Program-made: the position numbers and the translations under genes
Notes under the pieces: generated by a model
The model's input: only the letters and a program-made list of their open reading frames with translations
Databases searched by the model: none
Told to the model about the DNA's origin: nothing
Source: Pseudomonadales bacterium
Lineage (GTDB): Bacteria; Pseudomonadota; Gammaproteobacteria; Pseudomonadales; Azotimanducaceae
Direction: 5' to 3'
NCBI GenBank assembly: GCA_963664635.1
Contig: OY761542.1
Location: 2,644,112 to 2,708,111, forward strand
DNA length: 64,000 bases
Shown: positions 34,180 to 44,243 of the stretch, one piece after another
How positions within the stretch are numbered: position 1 is the stretch's first letter
Layout of the letters: every line of letters starts with the position of its first letter

Positions 34180-34274
34180 GCACGCCCTCCGCAACGCGGC
34201 GGTGGTCGCGATCCCATGGATGGATCGCATCGAGGGGTGGGTCTTCGGGGCTGGATCGGTCGCGCGACGCCTCC

Positions 34275-35309
34275 TCAGCCCACCAGTTCCGGCAGGATCG
34301 TCTCGTTGAAGAGCCGGTCGTGGGTGGCGAAGTGCAGCATCTCGACGCCCAGGGAACGGAACGCCTCGAGGCGCTCGTAGACGGTGTCGGGGCTGCCGAT
34401 GAACCGGGCGGCGTAGCCCTCGTTGGTGTCGAGCAGGCTCAGGTCCTCGTCCGAGGCCCACATGCCCTGTGCGCCCCCGGTCGCGGCGCGGCGCCGCTCC
34501 GCCAGGCCGCGATCGATCGCCGCGACGCGGGTTTCGATCTCGGCCCACGCCTCGGCGTCCGTGTGGCGGACGAGCGGGGCGGCATAGAGGGCGAAGCGCA
34601 CGGTGCGGCCGGTCGCCAGGCAAGCCTTCCGCACCCTCTCGATGACGCTCCCGATCCGTTCGAGGGTGCCGCCGTTCAGGAACATCCAGTCCGAGCGCGC
34701 CGCGGCCAGCGCGACGGCGTCGTCGGACTGGCCGCCCTGGAAGACCGTCAGCGGCGTCGAGGGGCGCGGCTCCAGTTCCAGCTCGTCGGCGCGGTAGAAG
34801 CGTCCCGCGTAGGAGAAGCGGGGTGCGTCCCACGCGCCGCGCAGGACATCGATGAACTCGGCGGAGCGCGCGTAGCGTTCGTCGTGCTCGAGGGTGTCGA
34901 TGCCGTACATGTCGAACTCGCGCAGGTTCCAGCCGCTGGTGACGTTGATGTCCCAGCGGCCGCCGCTGATCCAGTCCATCGTCGTGCCCCACTTGGCGAT
35001 GGCGCCCGGATGAAAGAAGCCGGGGTGGATCGCGGTCACGAGCCGGATCCGCTCGGTGTGGGCCGCGAACAGGGCGGTCATGGCGAGGCAGTCGAGGGAG
35101 GAGCCTTCCATCTCCGCGCCGCTGCCCCACCAGCGCTGCGCGATGAGCAGGTGCGACAGCCCGAGTTCCTCGATGCGCCGTACCTCGGGCAGCACGGCGC
35201 TGTCGAGGGCGCCCCCGTCCGGGAAGCCGCCGTCGGGATTGTTCGAGACCACCCGGGGTCCACTGAACACGGTGGGGGCCCAGGTGCAGGTCAGCATCTT
35301 GCCAGGCAT
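34275..35309 (-). CDS. LLM-class flavin-dependent oxidoreductase (luciferase-like monooxygenase)
   Basis: 344 aa from MPGKMLTC after GGAG. GLSHLLIAQRWWG, GGRWDINVTSGW, ERYARSAEFIDVLRGAW. The 5' extension of ORF 34275..35600 was rejected. Confidence 0.85.
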   Translation of the reverse strand: MPGKMLTCTWAPTVFSGPRVVSNNPDGGFPDGGALDSAVLPEVRRIEELGLSHLLIAQRWWGSGAEMEGSSLDCLAMTALFAAHTERIRLVTAIHPGFFHPGAIAKWGTTMDWISGGRWDINVTSGWNLREFDMYGIDTLEHDERYARSAEFIDVLRGAWDAPRFSYAGRFYRADELELEPRPSTPLTVFQGGQSDDAVALAAARSDWMFLNGGTLERIGSVIERVRKACLATGRTVRFALYAAPLVRHTDAEAWAEIETRVAAIDRGLAERRRAATGGAQGMWASDEDLSLLDTNEGYAARFIGSPDTVYERLEAFRSLGVEMLHFATHDRLFNETILPELVG

Positions 35310-35331
35310 TCGAGAAGGCTCCTGGACGCCG

Positions 35332-37434
35332 TCAGGAGCCCGCGGCGTCCAGCGGCGGCTCAAACCAGATCGCGGATGTCCATGCGCGCTCCTCGATCGT
35401 GCGGGGCAGGTCGTTGTCGGCACAGGCAAGGGGCCGCTCGTCCGCGGGCAGCGCCGCGCATTGCCGGGCATGCCACCGACAGCTCGGCTGCTCGAGGACG
35501 CGAGCGTAGTACACGGCCGGCTTGCCCGGGTTCCAGGCGGGATCGCGCCACACCGCGCAGAGGCTGTTGGCGCCCTGCCGGTTGGGCCGGCAGGCGGCAT
35601 CGACCTCCGCGGGCGGACCGTCGTCCAGGGCGAGGTCGACCACGGTCTCGCGGAACAGCCCGGAGTCGTCGACCTCTCCCTTGATCATCTGGATCCGCTG
35701 CAGCCCCGCGCCGGCGTCCATGGCGGTCCCCGGGTCGCGCAGGGCGCTCGCGAAGAACACGGGGCCGTCGGCGTCGGCGCCCGCCGGGTCGAGCGCGCCG
35801 CCCATGGGGATGCCCTGCGCATAGGCTGCCGCGACGGCGTCGGGGTCCTCGCACAGGTTGTCCGGCAGCTCCCAGCCCGCGAACAGCCGCGGCTGGATGC
35901 GCACCCCGCTGGTGGCGAAGGTCTCGCGCCGTTTCATGGCGTCGAACAGGGCGTCGCGGGAGTTCTCCTCCGCCCAGACGCCGATGAGGCCGCCGGGATT
36001 GCGCATCGGGTGCGGCGCGTAGGCCGGGGTCGTGATGCGCTTCTCCAGGGTGTCGTCGACCAGCGAGTTGTGGCCGAGGTAGTTGTATTCCTCGACCGCG
36101 CCGGGGGTGCCGTTGTGGGTGTCGGTGCTGCCGATGAAGCCCAGGCGGTAGGGATTCACGCCGATGCGCGCGTACTCGCGCAGCCCCTCGATGAGCCCGT
36201 AACGGACGAAGTCGAGGCGGGACTGGCACCCCACCCCGGCCATCGCGCCGCTGCCGAACGACTCCTCGCAGTCCGCGGGCCGCGCGCCCGCGGTCGTGTA
36301 GCGCACCTTCTCGAAGCCGCACAGTTCGTCCTCGCCGCCGAGCACGCCCCACATGCCCGTGCGGCACTCCGACTCGCCCTTCGACTGGATCATCTCCACC
36401 AGCGGTTCGAGCCGCCGCTGGAGTTCGGCGCGCTCCCGCTGCGCGTCCAGCGGGCGGTCCTTGTAGGTGACGGTGAAGTGGCGTCCGTTCGAGATGTTCG
36501 GGTTGTGCGGGATCGTGAGCGCCTCGCAGCCCGTGTCCGTGTCGTTGCAGCGCGCCTCGAGCTTCTTCCAGAGGCCTTCCGGCTCCGCTTCCTCGGACCA
36601 GGAGATCGGCAGTTCCGGCACGCTGTCGTTACGCAGGATCACGTTGCGGTGGACCTTGCTCCTGCCGGGGGCGGAGGTGAACTCCCACGCGTTGAACGCC
36701 GTGAACGCGCACGCCTCCGTGCGGTCCTGGTGCGCCTCGGCCGCCGCGACCGTACGCCGCCACGCGTGCCCGGCGTACTCCCGGCACACCGAGGCGGCGT
36801 CACCGCACATGCCGCCGGGCCCGCGGATCTCGCCAGTGATGACGCGGCGGATGAGTGCGTCGCCTTCCGGCGAGGAGCCTGTCAGGGGCCGGCCGCGCAT
36901 GATTTCGCAGTCCAGGCTGTCGTAGGCAGGGGAATCCGGTGTGGTGCAGGACTCCAGTTCGCCGATCCACTCGGCGTGGTCGGTCACGGCGGCGAAGTCG
37001 AGGGGCCGGTCGATGGTCCCGAAACGCAGCGGTTCTCCGTCCGCGTCCCGCGGGGCCAGGCCGATGGGCTCGCCTTTCGCGAACCGGTAGGCGTCGTCGG
37101 GCGTCTGGAAGCCCCCGCGGCCGTACGCGTCCAGGGACAGGTTCGTGTGGACGTGGAGGTCGCCGAAGAAGGCGGAGCGGGTCGGACTGTAGTGGGCGCA
37201 ACGGGGTCCTGGCGGACTCGCGGGCGTGGTGGCCGGCCCGCCGGGCGGTTGCCACTCGCGATGCTGCCGCGGGGGGACCACGAGCGTCGGCTGCTCCGCC
37301 TCCACCCCGGCCCGCGCGGCCGCGGCGTTCGGGTCGCCTGGCTCGGCCGGCTCGGGTGTGCACGCGGTGGCCGCGAGCAGGAGCGATGCCAGGAGGCCGG
37401 CATGACGGACCGACGGTAGCGATAACTGTTGCAT
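35332..37434 (-). CDS. DUF3604 domain-containing lipoprotein (PHP-like metal-dependent hydrolase fold)
   Basis: Lipobox LLAATAC. Motifs: FGDLHVHTNLSLDAY, LDFAAVTDHAEW, FNAWEFTS, IPHNPNISNG, GSTDTHNG. Confidence 0.8.
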   Translation of the reverse strand: MQQLSLPSVRHAGLLASLLLAATACTPEPAEPGDPNAAAARAGVEAEQPTLVVPPRQHREWQPPGGPATTPASPPGPRCAHYSPTRSAFFGDLHVHTNLSLDAYGRGGFQTPDDAYRFAKGEPIGLAPRDADGEPLRFGTIDRPLDFAAVTDHAEWIGELESCTTPDSPAYDSLDCEIMRGRPLTGSSPEGDALIRRVITGEIRGPGGMCGDAASVCREYAGHAWRRTVAAAEAHQDRTEACAFTAFNAWEFTSAPGRSKVHRNVILRNDSVPELPISWSEEAEPEGLWKKLEARCNDTDTGCEALTIPHNPNISNGRHFTVTYKDRPLDAQRERAELQRRLEPLVEMIQSKGESECRTGMWGVLGGEDELCGFEKVRYTTAGARPADCEESFGSGAMAGVGCQSRLDFVRYGLIEGLREYARIGVNPYRLGFIGSTDTHNGTPGAVEEYNYLGHNSLVDDTLEKRITTPAYAPHPMRNPGGLIGVWAEENSRDALFDAMKRRETFATSGVRIQPRLFAGWELPDNLCEDPDAVAAAYAQGIPMGGALDPAGADADGPVFFASALRDPGTAMDAGAGLQRIQMIKGEVDDSGLFRETVVDLALDDGPPAEVDAACRPNRQGANSLCAVWRDPAWNPGKPAVYYARVLEQPSCRWHARQCAALPADERPLACADNDLPRTIEERAWTSAIWFEPPLDAAGS

Positions 37435-37486
37435 GTGCCCCCCACCGATGCTCGTTCGCGCGGGAGGTGCGGCGTGCGCTCCCGCG

Positions 37487-40400
37487 TCAGGCTGTCTGTT
37501 GACCCGTCCGTTGACGCCCCTGCTGACCCGTCGGCTCGACCTGGCTGCCCTCCCGCATCGGACCCCACTCGAAGAAGTCCTCGACGATCATGTACAGGCC
37601 GGGCACCAGGATCAGCGTGATGGCCGTGGCGAACAATACTCCGAACGCGAGCGAGATCGCCATCGGGATGATGAAGAAGGTCGTCGGGTTCTGGCTGGAC
37701 ATCAGTGGCAGCAGGCCGACGAAAGTCGTCGTCGAGGTCAGGACGATGGGCCGGAAGCGCACGACCCCGGCGTTGTACACAGCTTCTTCCAGGGGCATGC
37801 CCTCGCGCCGGCGGCGGTTGATGTAATCGACCAGCACCAGGCTCGCGTTCACCACGACGCCGGACAGCGCGACGATGCCGAGCAGGGAGAAGAACATGAG
37901 TTCGACGCCCATGACCCAATGGCCGAAGATGGCTCCGACCGCGCCGAAGGGAATGACGCTCATGATGACCATGGGCTGGAGATACGACTTCAGCGGGACG
38001 GCGAGCAGGGCGTAGATGCCGACGAGGGCGAGCAGGGCGCCGTAGCCCAGCCCCATCATGGACTTCAGCCGTTCCTCCTGCTCGCCCGACTGACCGAGGG
38101 TGACCGAGGGGTACTTCAGGCGCAACGCGGGCAGCATCTCCGTCATGATGCTGGTGTTGACCTCCTCGGGAGTCACCCGTTCCCGGTCGATGTCGCCCAG
38201 GACATTGACCACGCGCCGCCCGTTGATGCGGTTGATCTGCGAGTAGCCGCGATCGATCTCGAAGGTGGCGACGCTCGTGAACGGAACCTCCGACCCTTCC
38301 GGCGTGCGGATGCGCATGTCCTCCAGGTTGCCGATGGAGCGGCGCTCGGCCTCGGGATAGCGCACCATGACGCGCACCTCGTCCGGCCCGCGCTGCACGC
38401 GCTGCACCTCGGCGCCGTAGAAGGCGCTGCGTACCTGGGCGGCCAGGTCGGTCAGCGTCAGCCCGAGGTTGCGCGCGCCGGGCAGGAGACTCAGCTTGAT
38501 CTCCTGCTTGCCGGCGCGGAACGAGTCGGTGATGTCCTTGACCCCTTCGTAGCGGGCGAGTTCGCTCTTGAGCTCCACCGCCGCCTTGCGAAGTTCGTCC
38601 ACATCGGCTCCGGAGAGCTCGAGATGAATCGCGGCCCCGGTACTGTACGAGTCCGCGCCGAACGACAGGCTCACGGCGTCGGGAATCGAGCCGACGAGTT
38701 CGCGCCAGCGGTCGGCCACGTCGCTCGACAGGATGTAGTCGCGCTGTTCGAGCGGCACCAGTTCGATGGCGACCTCGGCGAAGTCGCTCCGTCCGGGCCC
38801 CTCCGGCATCGGTGGGCCGCCCCGGTGGATGTGCGTGCCCACGCTCACCAGCGTGTGCCCGACGACGCTCGGCACGCCGGGCGCCGCGTGCTCGTCGAGT
38901 TCGGCCCGCAGTTGCTCGACCGCCGCCTCGATCTGCAGCGCCGCGGCCTGGGTCTTCGCCGCGGAGATCCCCGGCGGCATCTCCAACTTCGCGTACACCT
39001 TGTCCCCGTCGATGGAGCTGAAGAACGAGAAGATGACGCGGCCGCTCAGGATCAGGGACACGGAGACGATCAGGATGCCGAGGCCGGTCGCCGCGGTGAC
39101 GTAACGCCAGGCGATCGCGCGGCGCAGAAACCGCACGTACCCGTTCGCCGCGAAGTGCATGAGGGCGCCGGAGAACCTCGACTGGATGGCGTTCCAGCGG
39201 GTGGCGACCCGGCCGGACTCGTCCCGTTTTCGGTGCGCGAGGTGAGCCGGGAGGATCCACTGGCTCTCCACGATGGACAGGAACAGCGCCATGATGACGA
39301 CCGCGCCGATGACCCCGAAGAACGAGGACATGCGGCCCTCCACCATCAGCAGCGGCAGAAACGCAGTCACGGTCGTCAGCACGCCGAAGATGACGGGCAC
39401 GGCCACCTCCCAAGTGCCGTCGACGGCCGCCTGGATGGGTGGCTTGCCGAGTTGTTCGTGCGCGTAGACGCGTTCCCCCACGACGATCGCATCGTCGACC
39501 AGGATGCCCAGCACGAGGATGAAGGCCATTACCGTCATCGTGCTGATCGACACGTCGAAGAAGGGGAACAGGGCGACCGTACCCAACATGGCGATCGGGA
39601 TGCCCACCGCCACCCACATCGCAAGCCGGAAACGCAGGAAGAGGGCCAGGACCGCCAGGACCAGTGCGAGCCCGGAGCCGGCGGTCCGCAGGAGGGTGGT
39701 GACCCGATCCCGCAGGTCCCGCGAGGCATCGGCCCACAGGGTCAGCTCGATGCCCTCGGGCATGCGTGGGCGGGCCTCGGCGACGTAACTGCGCACGAGT
39801 TCCGCCATCTCCATGATGTCTTCCTTGCCGATGCGCAAGACCTTGACGACGGCGGCGGGCTTGCCGTCGAAGAGGGCCGACAGGTCGCCCTCCGCGAAGG
39901 AGTCGCGCACTTCGGCGACGTCGCGCAGGGTCACCCGCGTGCCGTCCTCGCGCGTCAGCACCACGAGGTCCTCGAACTCGGTCCCGAGATAGGCCTGTCC
40001 CTTGGTGCGCAGGAGAATCTCGCCGCCCTCGGTGCGCAGCGTACCGCCGGGCATGTCGAGGGACGCCCGGCGCAGTGCGTGGGCGACGTCGTCGAGCGTC
40101 AGTCCGTGGCGGCGGAGCATGTACTCCGAGACCTCGACGGAGATCTCGTAGGGCCGGGTGTACATGAGGTCGACCTGGGACACCCCGTCGAGGGCGGCGA
40201 TATCGTCGCGGATGCCGCGGGCGACCTCCTTGAGCGTGCGCTCGGCCACGTTCCCGGAGACGGCGATCTCGATCACGTTGTGGCGGAAGGACATCTTCGA
40301 GACGATGGGCGCCTCGGTTTCGACCGGAAACGACGCGATGCCGTCGACCTGGCTCTTGATTTCGTTGAGGGCCTGGGCCTCGTCGGAGCCTACGAACAGT

Positions 40401-40684
40401 TGCGCCTGGACCGAGCAGGCGCCCTCGGACGCGGTCGAGAAGATCTTCTCGATGTTCTCCACGCCCTCGATCGCCTCCTCGATGCGCACGCAGACGCCGA
40501 GTTCCGCTTCCTCCGGGGCGGCGCCGAGATAGGGAACGTTGATGGTCACCATCTCGAACTCGATGTTCGGGAACTCCTCCTGGTGCACGGAGAACAGTGC
40601 CATCACCCCGCCGATGACGAGGATGGTCATGAGCAGGTTGGCGGCCACGATGTTGTGGCTGAACCAGGAGATGGCGCGGTGCAT
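37487..40684 (-). CDS. RND efflux transporter permease (AcrB/HAE family)
   Basis: 1065 aa with 12-TM/2-loop architecture. Begins with the characteristic AISWFSHNIVAANLLM. Also VDDAIVV and LGQSGEQEE. Confidence 0.95.
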   Translation of the reverse strand: MHRAISWFSHNIVAANLLMTILVIGGVMALFSVHQEEFPNIEFEMVTINVPYLGAAPEEAELGVCVRIEEAIEGVENIEKIFSTASEGACSVQAQLFVGSDEAQALNEIKSQVDGIASFPVETEAPIVSKMSFRHNVIEIAVSGNVAERTLKEVARGIRDDIAALDGVSQVDLMYTRPYEISVEVSEYMLRRHGLTLDDVAHALRRASLDMPGGTLRTEGGEILLRTKGQAYLGTEFEDLVVLTREDGTRVTLRDVAEVRDSFAEGDLSALFDGKPAAVVKVLRIGKEDIMEMAELVRSYVAEARPRMPEGIELTLWADASRDLRDRVTTLLRTAGSGLALVLAVLALFLRFRLAMWVAVGIPIAMLGTVALFPFFDVSISTMTVMAFILVLGILVDDAIVVGERVYAHEQLGKPPIQAAVDGTWEVAVPVIFGVLTTVTAFLPLLMVEGRMSSFFGVIGAVVIMALFLSIVESQWILPAHLAHRKRDESGRVATRWNAIQSRFSGALMHFAANGYVRFLRRAIAWRYVTAATGLGILIVSVSLILSGRVIFSFFSSIDGDKVYAKLEMPPGISAAKTQAAALQIEAAVEQLRAELDEHAAPGVPSVVGHTLVSVGTHIHRGGPPMPEGPGRSDFAEVAIELVPLEQRDYILSSDVADRWRELVGSIPDAVSLSFGADSYSTGAAIHLELSGADVDELRKAAVELKSELARYEGVKDITDSFRAGKQEIKLSLLPGARNLGLTLTDLAAQVRSAFYGAEVQRVQRGPDEVRVMVRYPEAERRSIGNLEDMRIRTPEGSEVPFTSVATFEIDRGYSQINRINGRRVVNVLGDIDRERVTPEEVNTSIMTEMLPALRLKYPSVTLGQSGEQEERLKSMMGLGYGALLALVGIYALLAVPLKSYLQPMVIMSVIPFGAVGAIFGHWVMGVELMFFSLLGIVALSGVVVNASLVLVDYINRRRREGMPLEEAVYNAGVVRFRPIVLTSTTTFVGLLPLMSSQNPTTFFIIPMAISLAFGVLFATAITLILVPGLYMIVEDFFEWGPMREGSQVEPTGQQGRQRTGQQTA

Positions 40685-40723
40685 CTGCCCTTCCGGCGTC
40701 CTGTCCGTCGGTTCGAGGGGGGA

Positions 40724-41920
40724 CTACGCGGCGCCAGGCACGCGGCTGGCCGTTCCGGAGCCGTTCGGGCCCGTTTCGGCCCCGGCCTCGTCCAGGGCCC
40801 GGACGCGCATGCCCTCGATGACGGTCTGCAGCGGCGAGACGCAGACCCGCTCGCCGGTGTGCAGGCCCTCCTCGATCAGCACGCGGTCGCGGTACAGCCG
40901 CAACGGGACGATCTGTCGGTATTGCAGCCGGCCTTCCTCGTCGACGATCACCACGCGGTTGCCCCGCCGCAGCGCATTGCGCGGCAGGTCCACGATGTCG
41001 TTCGCCTGCACGCCCTCGATGTCGGCATCCACGAACAGTCCGACGGGAAGGGGCAGCGGGGCGCCGGCGTTCGTCACCCGCGCGACGACGTGCACCATCC
41101 GGCTCTTCATGTCGATCTCTGCTTCCGTACGCACCAGCTGTCCGTTCCAGGTGATCGGTTGCCCACCGTAGTCGGCGCGCAGCGTCACCCGTGCCTGCAA
41201 CTCATCGGGCAGGGCGCCCCGGTGCCCGAACGGCAGGCTCAGGAACGCGAGTTCGCGGTCGGCGATGGGCAACCGGACTTCCACGACATCGGTGGCGTAG
41301 ATAGTGGCGATCGGGGAGCCTCGCGACACGAACTGCCCGAGGTCCACCTGCTCCGATCGCACGAGACCCGTGAACGGTGCGCGGATCTCGCCGCGTCCGA
41401 GGTCGCGCGCGGCCTGCTCGTGCGCCACCCGCGCGTCCTGCAGCGCCGCCGTGGCGATGCGGTAGGCGCGCAGGCTGTTCTCGATCTGCGAGCGGCTGGC
41501 GAGCTGGCGGTCCCCGAGGCTGCGGATGCGCTGGAACTCGAAGCGGGCGTGCTGATGTTCCGCCTCCGTACGGGTGAGGCTGGCCCTGGCCCGGGCGACC
41601 GTGGCCGCGAGGTCCTTGTCGTCGAGGCGCAGGAGCGGGTCACCGGCCTCGAAGTAGCCCCCGGCCACCAGCGACGGGGACATCCACACCACGCGTCCGG
41701 AAACCTCGGGAATGAGTTGGCTCTCGGTACTCGGGCTCACCGTGCCCTGGGAACTCACCGTGAGCCGGATCGGGGCGACTTCCACCGTCGTCACGCGCAC
41801 CGTGAGCGGGATCGGCTCGGCGGCGTTCGGTTCGAGGCGCGGTGCGGTCGCCATGAGGGTGAGGGCGGCGAACACCGACACCACCACGACGACGGCTGGA
41901 ATGACGACTGTCTTGCTCAT
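40724..41920 (-). CDS. RND efflux periplasmic adaptor subunit (MFP)
   Basis: 398 aa from MSKTVVIPAVVVV. EVSGRVVWMSP, coiled-coil hairpin, IRAPFTGLV. The 5' extension of ORF 40724..42793 was rejected. Confidence 0.9.
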   Translation of the reverse strand: MSKTVVIPAVVVVVSVFAALTLMATAPRLEPNAAEPIPLTVRVTTVEVAPIRLTVSSQGTVSPSTESQLIPEVSGRVVWMSPSLVAGGYFEAGDPLLRLDDKDLAATVARARASLTRTEAEHQHARFEFQRIRSLGDRQLASRSQIENSLRAYRIATAALQDARVAHEQAARDLGRGEIRAPFTGLVRSEQVDLGQFVSRGSPIATIYATDVVEVRLPIADRELAFLSLPFGHRGALPDELQARVTLRADYGGQPITWNGQLVRTEAEIDMKSRMVHVVARVTNAGAPLPLPVGLFVDADIEGVQANDIVDLPRNALRRGNRVVIVDEEGRLQYRQIVPLRLYRDRVLIEEGLHTGERVCVSPLQTVIEGMRVRALDEAGAETGPNGSGTASRVPGAA

Positions 41921-42657
41921 CGGGCGAATGCCTCCCGACGGGCGGGTTGTCCCGCCCGTGCGATGGCCTGCAGGATGGTTTCGCGACTGAGATCCATGAT
42001 GGCGTCGAGGCTGTCCCGGAGCCGCGCGCGGTCCCGGTTGCGCAGCGCCAGCTCGAACTCGGCCATGCCGGCCGCGTAGCGGTCGGGCGCGACCACCTCG
42101 TAGTACTCCACCAGGTTGCCGACGCGTTTCGCGATCTGGGTCAGCAGCCCCCGGGAGACGATGCGCGTCGCCAGGTTGCCGGAAACTTCCATGACCGCCC
42201 GCATCAACTCGAAGCGCGCGACCATGTCCTCCTCGTGAGAGCCGGCGGCCGCGTTCTTCACCGAGTCGTGCATGCGGCGCGCGTGCGAGGCGATGTTCCG
42301 CAGTTCCTCGTCGGACGCCTGTTCGATGGCCGTTTCGGCGGCGAGCTTGAACAGCGCCCCGATGACCTGCAGCACCTGGGTCACGAGCTCCGGGTCGGGC
42401 ACGTCGTGGACTTCGAGGAGCTTGCCGATCACGTCGAAGCTGGCTTCCTCCACTGCGGCGACGCGGGCGCCGCCCGGCTGGACCTCCACGATGCCCAGTT
42501 GCTGCAGGGTCTTGACGGCCTCGCGGACCGCGCCCCGGTTGACGTCGAAGCGCGCGGCGAGGTCCCGCTCGGAGGGGAGCCGCTCGCCCGGGCGACGGCG
42601 ACCGGAGAGAATGTCGCGCGTCAGGCTGTTGGCGATGACTTCGTGTTGTGCCGCCAT
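41917..42657 (-). CDS. GntR/FadR-family transcriptional regulator
   Basis: 246 aa from MAAQHEVIANSL. Winged HTH GERLPSERDLAARFDVNRGAVREAVKTL plus an all-helical FCD-like C-terminal domain. ATGA overlap with the adaptor gene. Confidence 0.85.
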   Translation of the reverse strand: MAAQHEVIANSLTRDILSGRRRPGERLPSERDLAARFDVNRGAVREAVKTLQQLGIVEVQPGGARVAAVEEASFDVIGKLLEVHDVPDPELVTQVLQVIGALFKLAAETAIEQASDEELRNIASHARRMHDSVKNAAAGSHEEDMVARFELMRAVMEVSGNLATRIVSRGLLTQIAKRVGNLVEYYEVVAPDRYAAGMAEFELALRNRDRARLRDSLDAIMDLSRETILQAIARAGQPARREAFAR

Positions 42658-42669
42658 GGTGGACAGAAG

Positions 42670-42695
42670 TGGTCGGACCAAATTGGTCTGACCAA
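42670..42695. promoter_or_regulatory. two adjacent GntR-type palindromic operators
   Basis: TGGTCGGACCA (42670-42680) and TTGGTCTGACCAA (42683-42695) lie 13-38 nt upstream of the GntR start, in the divergent region shared with the M20 gene. Confidence 0.6.
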
Positions 42696-42794
42696 TTATA
42701 GGCGCGATCCTGGACATGTAAAGCATGGTGCCCATGCTTGCGTTTTGGCGGGCCGGTGCGCAGGCTTCGGCCTTCCGCAGCGGGAGGGGTCACA

Positions 42795-44243
42795 GTGGCG
42801 GGAACCTGGATGGGCCGTTGGGCGCGCGCCGCGTGGTTCGGGACGCTCTTGGGTCTGCCGCCGGCGTTGGCGGCCGAGCATCCGTCGGACGCCGTGCTGC
42901 GGGATGTCTCTCGTCAGGCAGCGGAGGCCGTTGCCGTGGCGAGCGACCTGTGGGACTTCGCCGAACTCGGCTACCTGGAGGAGCAGAGTTCGCAACGCCT
43001 CGCGACTTACCTCGAGGAGCGGGGCTTTGCCGTCGAGCGGGGCGTCGCCGGCATGCCGACCGCGTTCGTTGCCACCCGCGGCGAGGGCGCACCGACGTTG
43101 GGAATCCTGGCGGAGTTCGATGCGCTGCCCGGCCTGTCGCAGGCCGCGACGCCGGAGCGCGAGCCGGTCGTGGAAGGTGGCCCCGGCCACGCCTGCGGCC
43201 ATCATCTCTTTGGCGCCGCATCCGTCACCGCCGGCGCCGCGGCGGCCCGCTGGCTCGATGCCGCCGGCCACCCCGGAACGGTGCGCGTGTACGGGACTCC
43301 GGCGGAGGAGGGCGGCTCGGGCAAGGTGTATCTCACGCGGGCCGGCCTGTTCGACGACGTGGACGCCGTCCTGCACTGGCATTCGTCGGACCGCAACGAC
43401 GCCTCGCCGGGGAGCAGCACGGCCAACAAGTCCGGGCGTTTCCGGTTCCGCGGCGCGGCGGCGCACGCCGCCTCCGCGCCCGACAAGGGGCGCTCGGCCC
43501 TCGACGGGGTCGAGGCCATGAACTACATGGTCAACCTGATGCGCGAACACGTGCCGTCGGACGCGCGCATGCACTATGTCATCACCGATGGCGGCGACGC
43601 GCCGAACATCGTCCCGGAATCCGCGGAGGTCTACTACTACGTGCGCCATCCGCGGCCGGAGCGCGCCGTCGCGCTGTTCGAGCGGGTGGTGTCCGCCGCC
43701 GAGGGCGCCGCGCGCGGCACGGGCACCGAGATGTCGTACGAGGTGATGCACGGCAACTACCCCGTGCTGCGCAACGACACGCTGGCGCGGGTAATCGATG
43801 CCAATCTGCGGGCTATCGGAGGCATCGAGTATTCCCCCGAGGAACAGGCCTTCGCCGAGGCCATCCGCACGACATTGCTGTCGCCGCGCCTGGAACTCGG
43901 TTCCCAGGGAGAGATCCGCCCGTTCGAGTTCCGCCAGGGCATGGGGTCCACCGACGTGGGCGACGTGAGCTGGAACGTCCCGACCGCGGGATTCCGCACC
44001 GCTACCTGGGTGCCTGGCACTCCGGCCCACAGTTGGCAGGCCGTGGCGGCCGGCGGCATGAGCATCGGGCACAAGGGCATGCTGCTGGCGGCGAAAGTGC
44101 TGGCCGTCACCGCGGTGGAGCTGTTGCAGGACCCCGCGCGGCTGCATGAAGCCCGTGAGGAACTGGAACGTCGCCGGGGCGAGGACTTCGTCTACGCGGC
44201 GCTGCTCGGGGACCGGTCGCCGCCGCTGGACTACCGGAAATGA
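42795..44243 (+). CDS. M20-family amidohydrolase (AbgB/aminobenzoyl-glutamate hydrolase-like), secreted
   Basis: GHACGHHL, YGTPAEEGGSGK, RFRGAAAHAASAPDKGRSALD. Signal-like N-terminus. GTG 42795 is preceded by GGGAGGGG; ATG 42810 is an alternative. Confidence 0.85.
   Translation: MAGTWMGRWARAAWFGTLLGLPPALAAEHPSDAVLRDVSRQAAEAVAVASDLWDFAELGYLEEQSSQRLATYLEERGFAVERGVAGMPTAFVATRGEGAPTLGILAEFDALPGLSQAATPEREPVVEGGPGHACGHHLFGAASVTAGAAAARWLDAAGHPGTVRVYGTPAEEGGSGKVYLTRAGLFDDVDAVLHWHSSDRNDASPGSSTANKSGRFRFRGAAAHAASAPDKGRSALDGVEAMNYMVNLMREHVPSDARMHYVITDGGDAPNIVPESAEVYYYVRHPRPERAVALFERVVSAAEGAARGTGTEMSYEVMHGNYPVLRNDTLARVIDANLRAIGGIEYSPEEQAFAEAIRTTLLSPRLELGSQGEIRPFEFRQGMGSTDVGDVSWNVPTAGFRTATWVPGTPAHSWQAVAAGGMSIGHKGMLLAAKVLAVTAVELLQDPARLHEAREELERRRGEDFVYAALLGDRSPPLDYRK

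Noticed and set aside
34250-34275. Partial copy (GCGCGACC, inverted) of the double-hairpin element at the right edge of the ATPase/DUF4276 islet, suggesting the islet split one element
   Set aside because: Only 8-9 nt match and the similarity does not extend into either stem. This is too short to distinguish from chance in GC-rich DNA.
37433-42079. 1548-aa + strand ORF and 917-aa minus ORF 36984..39737
   Set aside because: They overlap the RND permease, adaptor and DUF3604 genes in other frames or on the other strand. They have no motifs and an extreme Arg/Gly/Pro/His composition.
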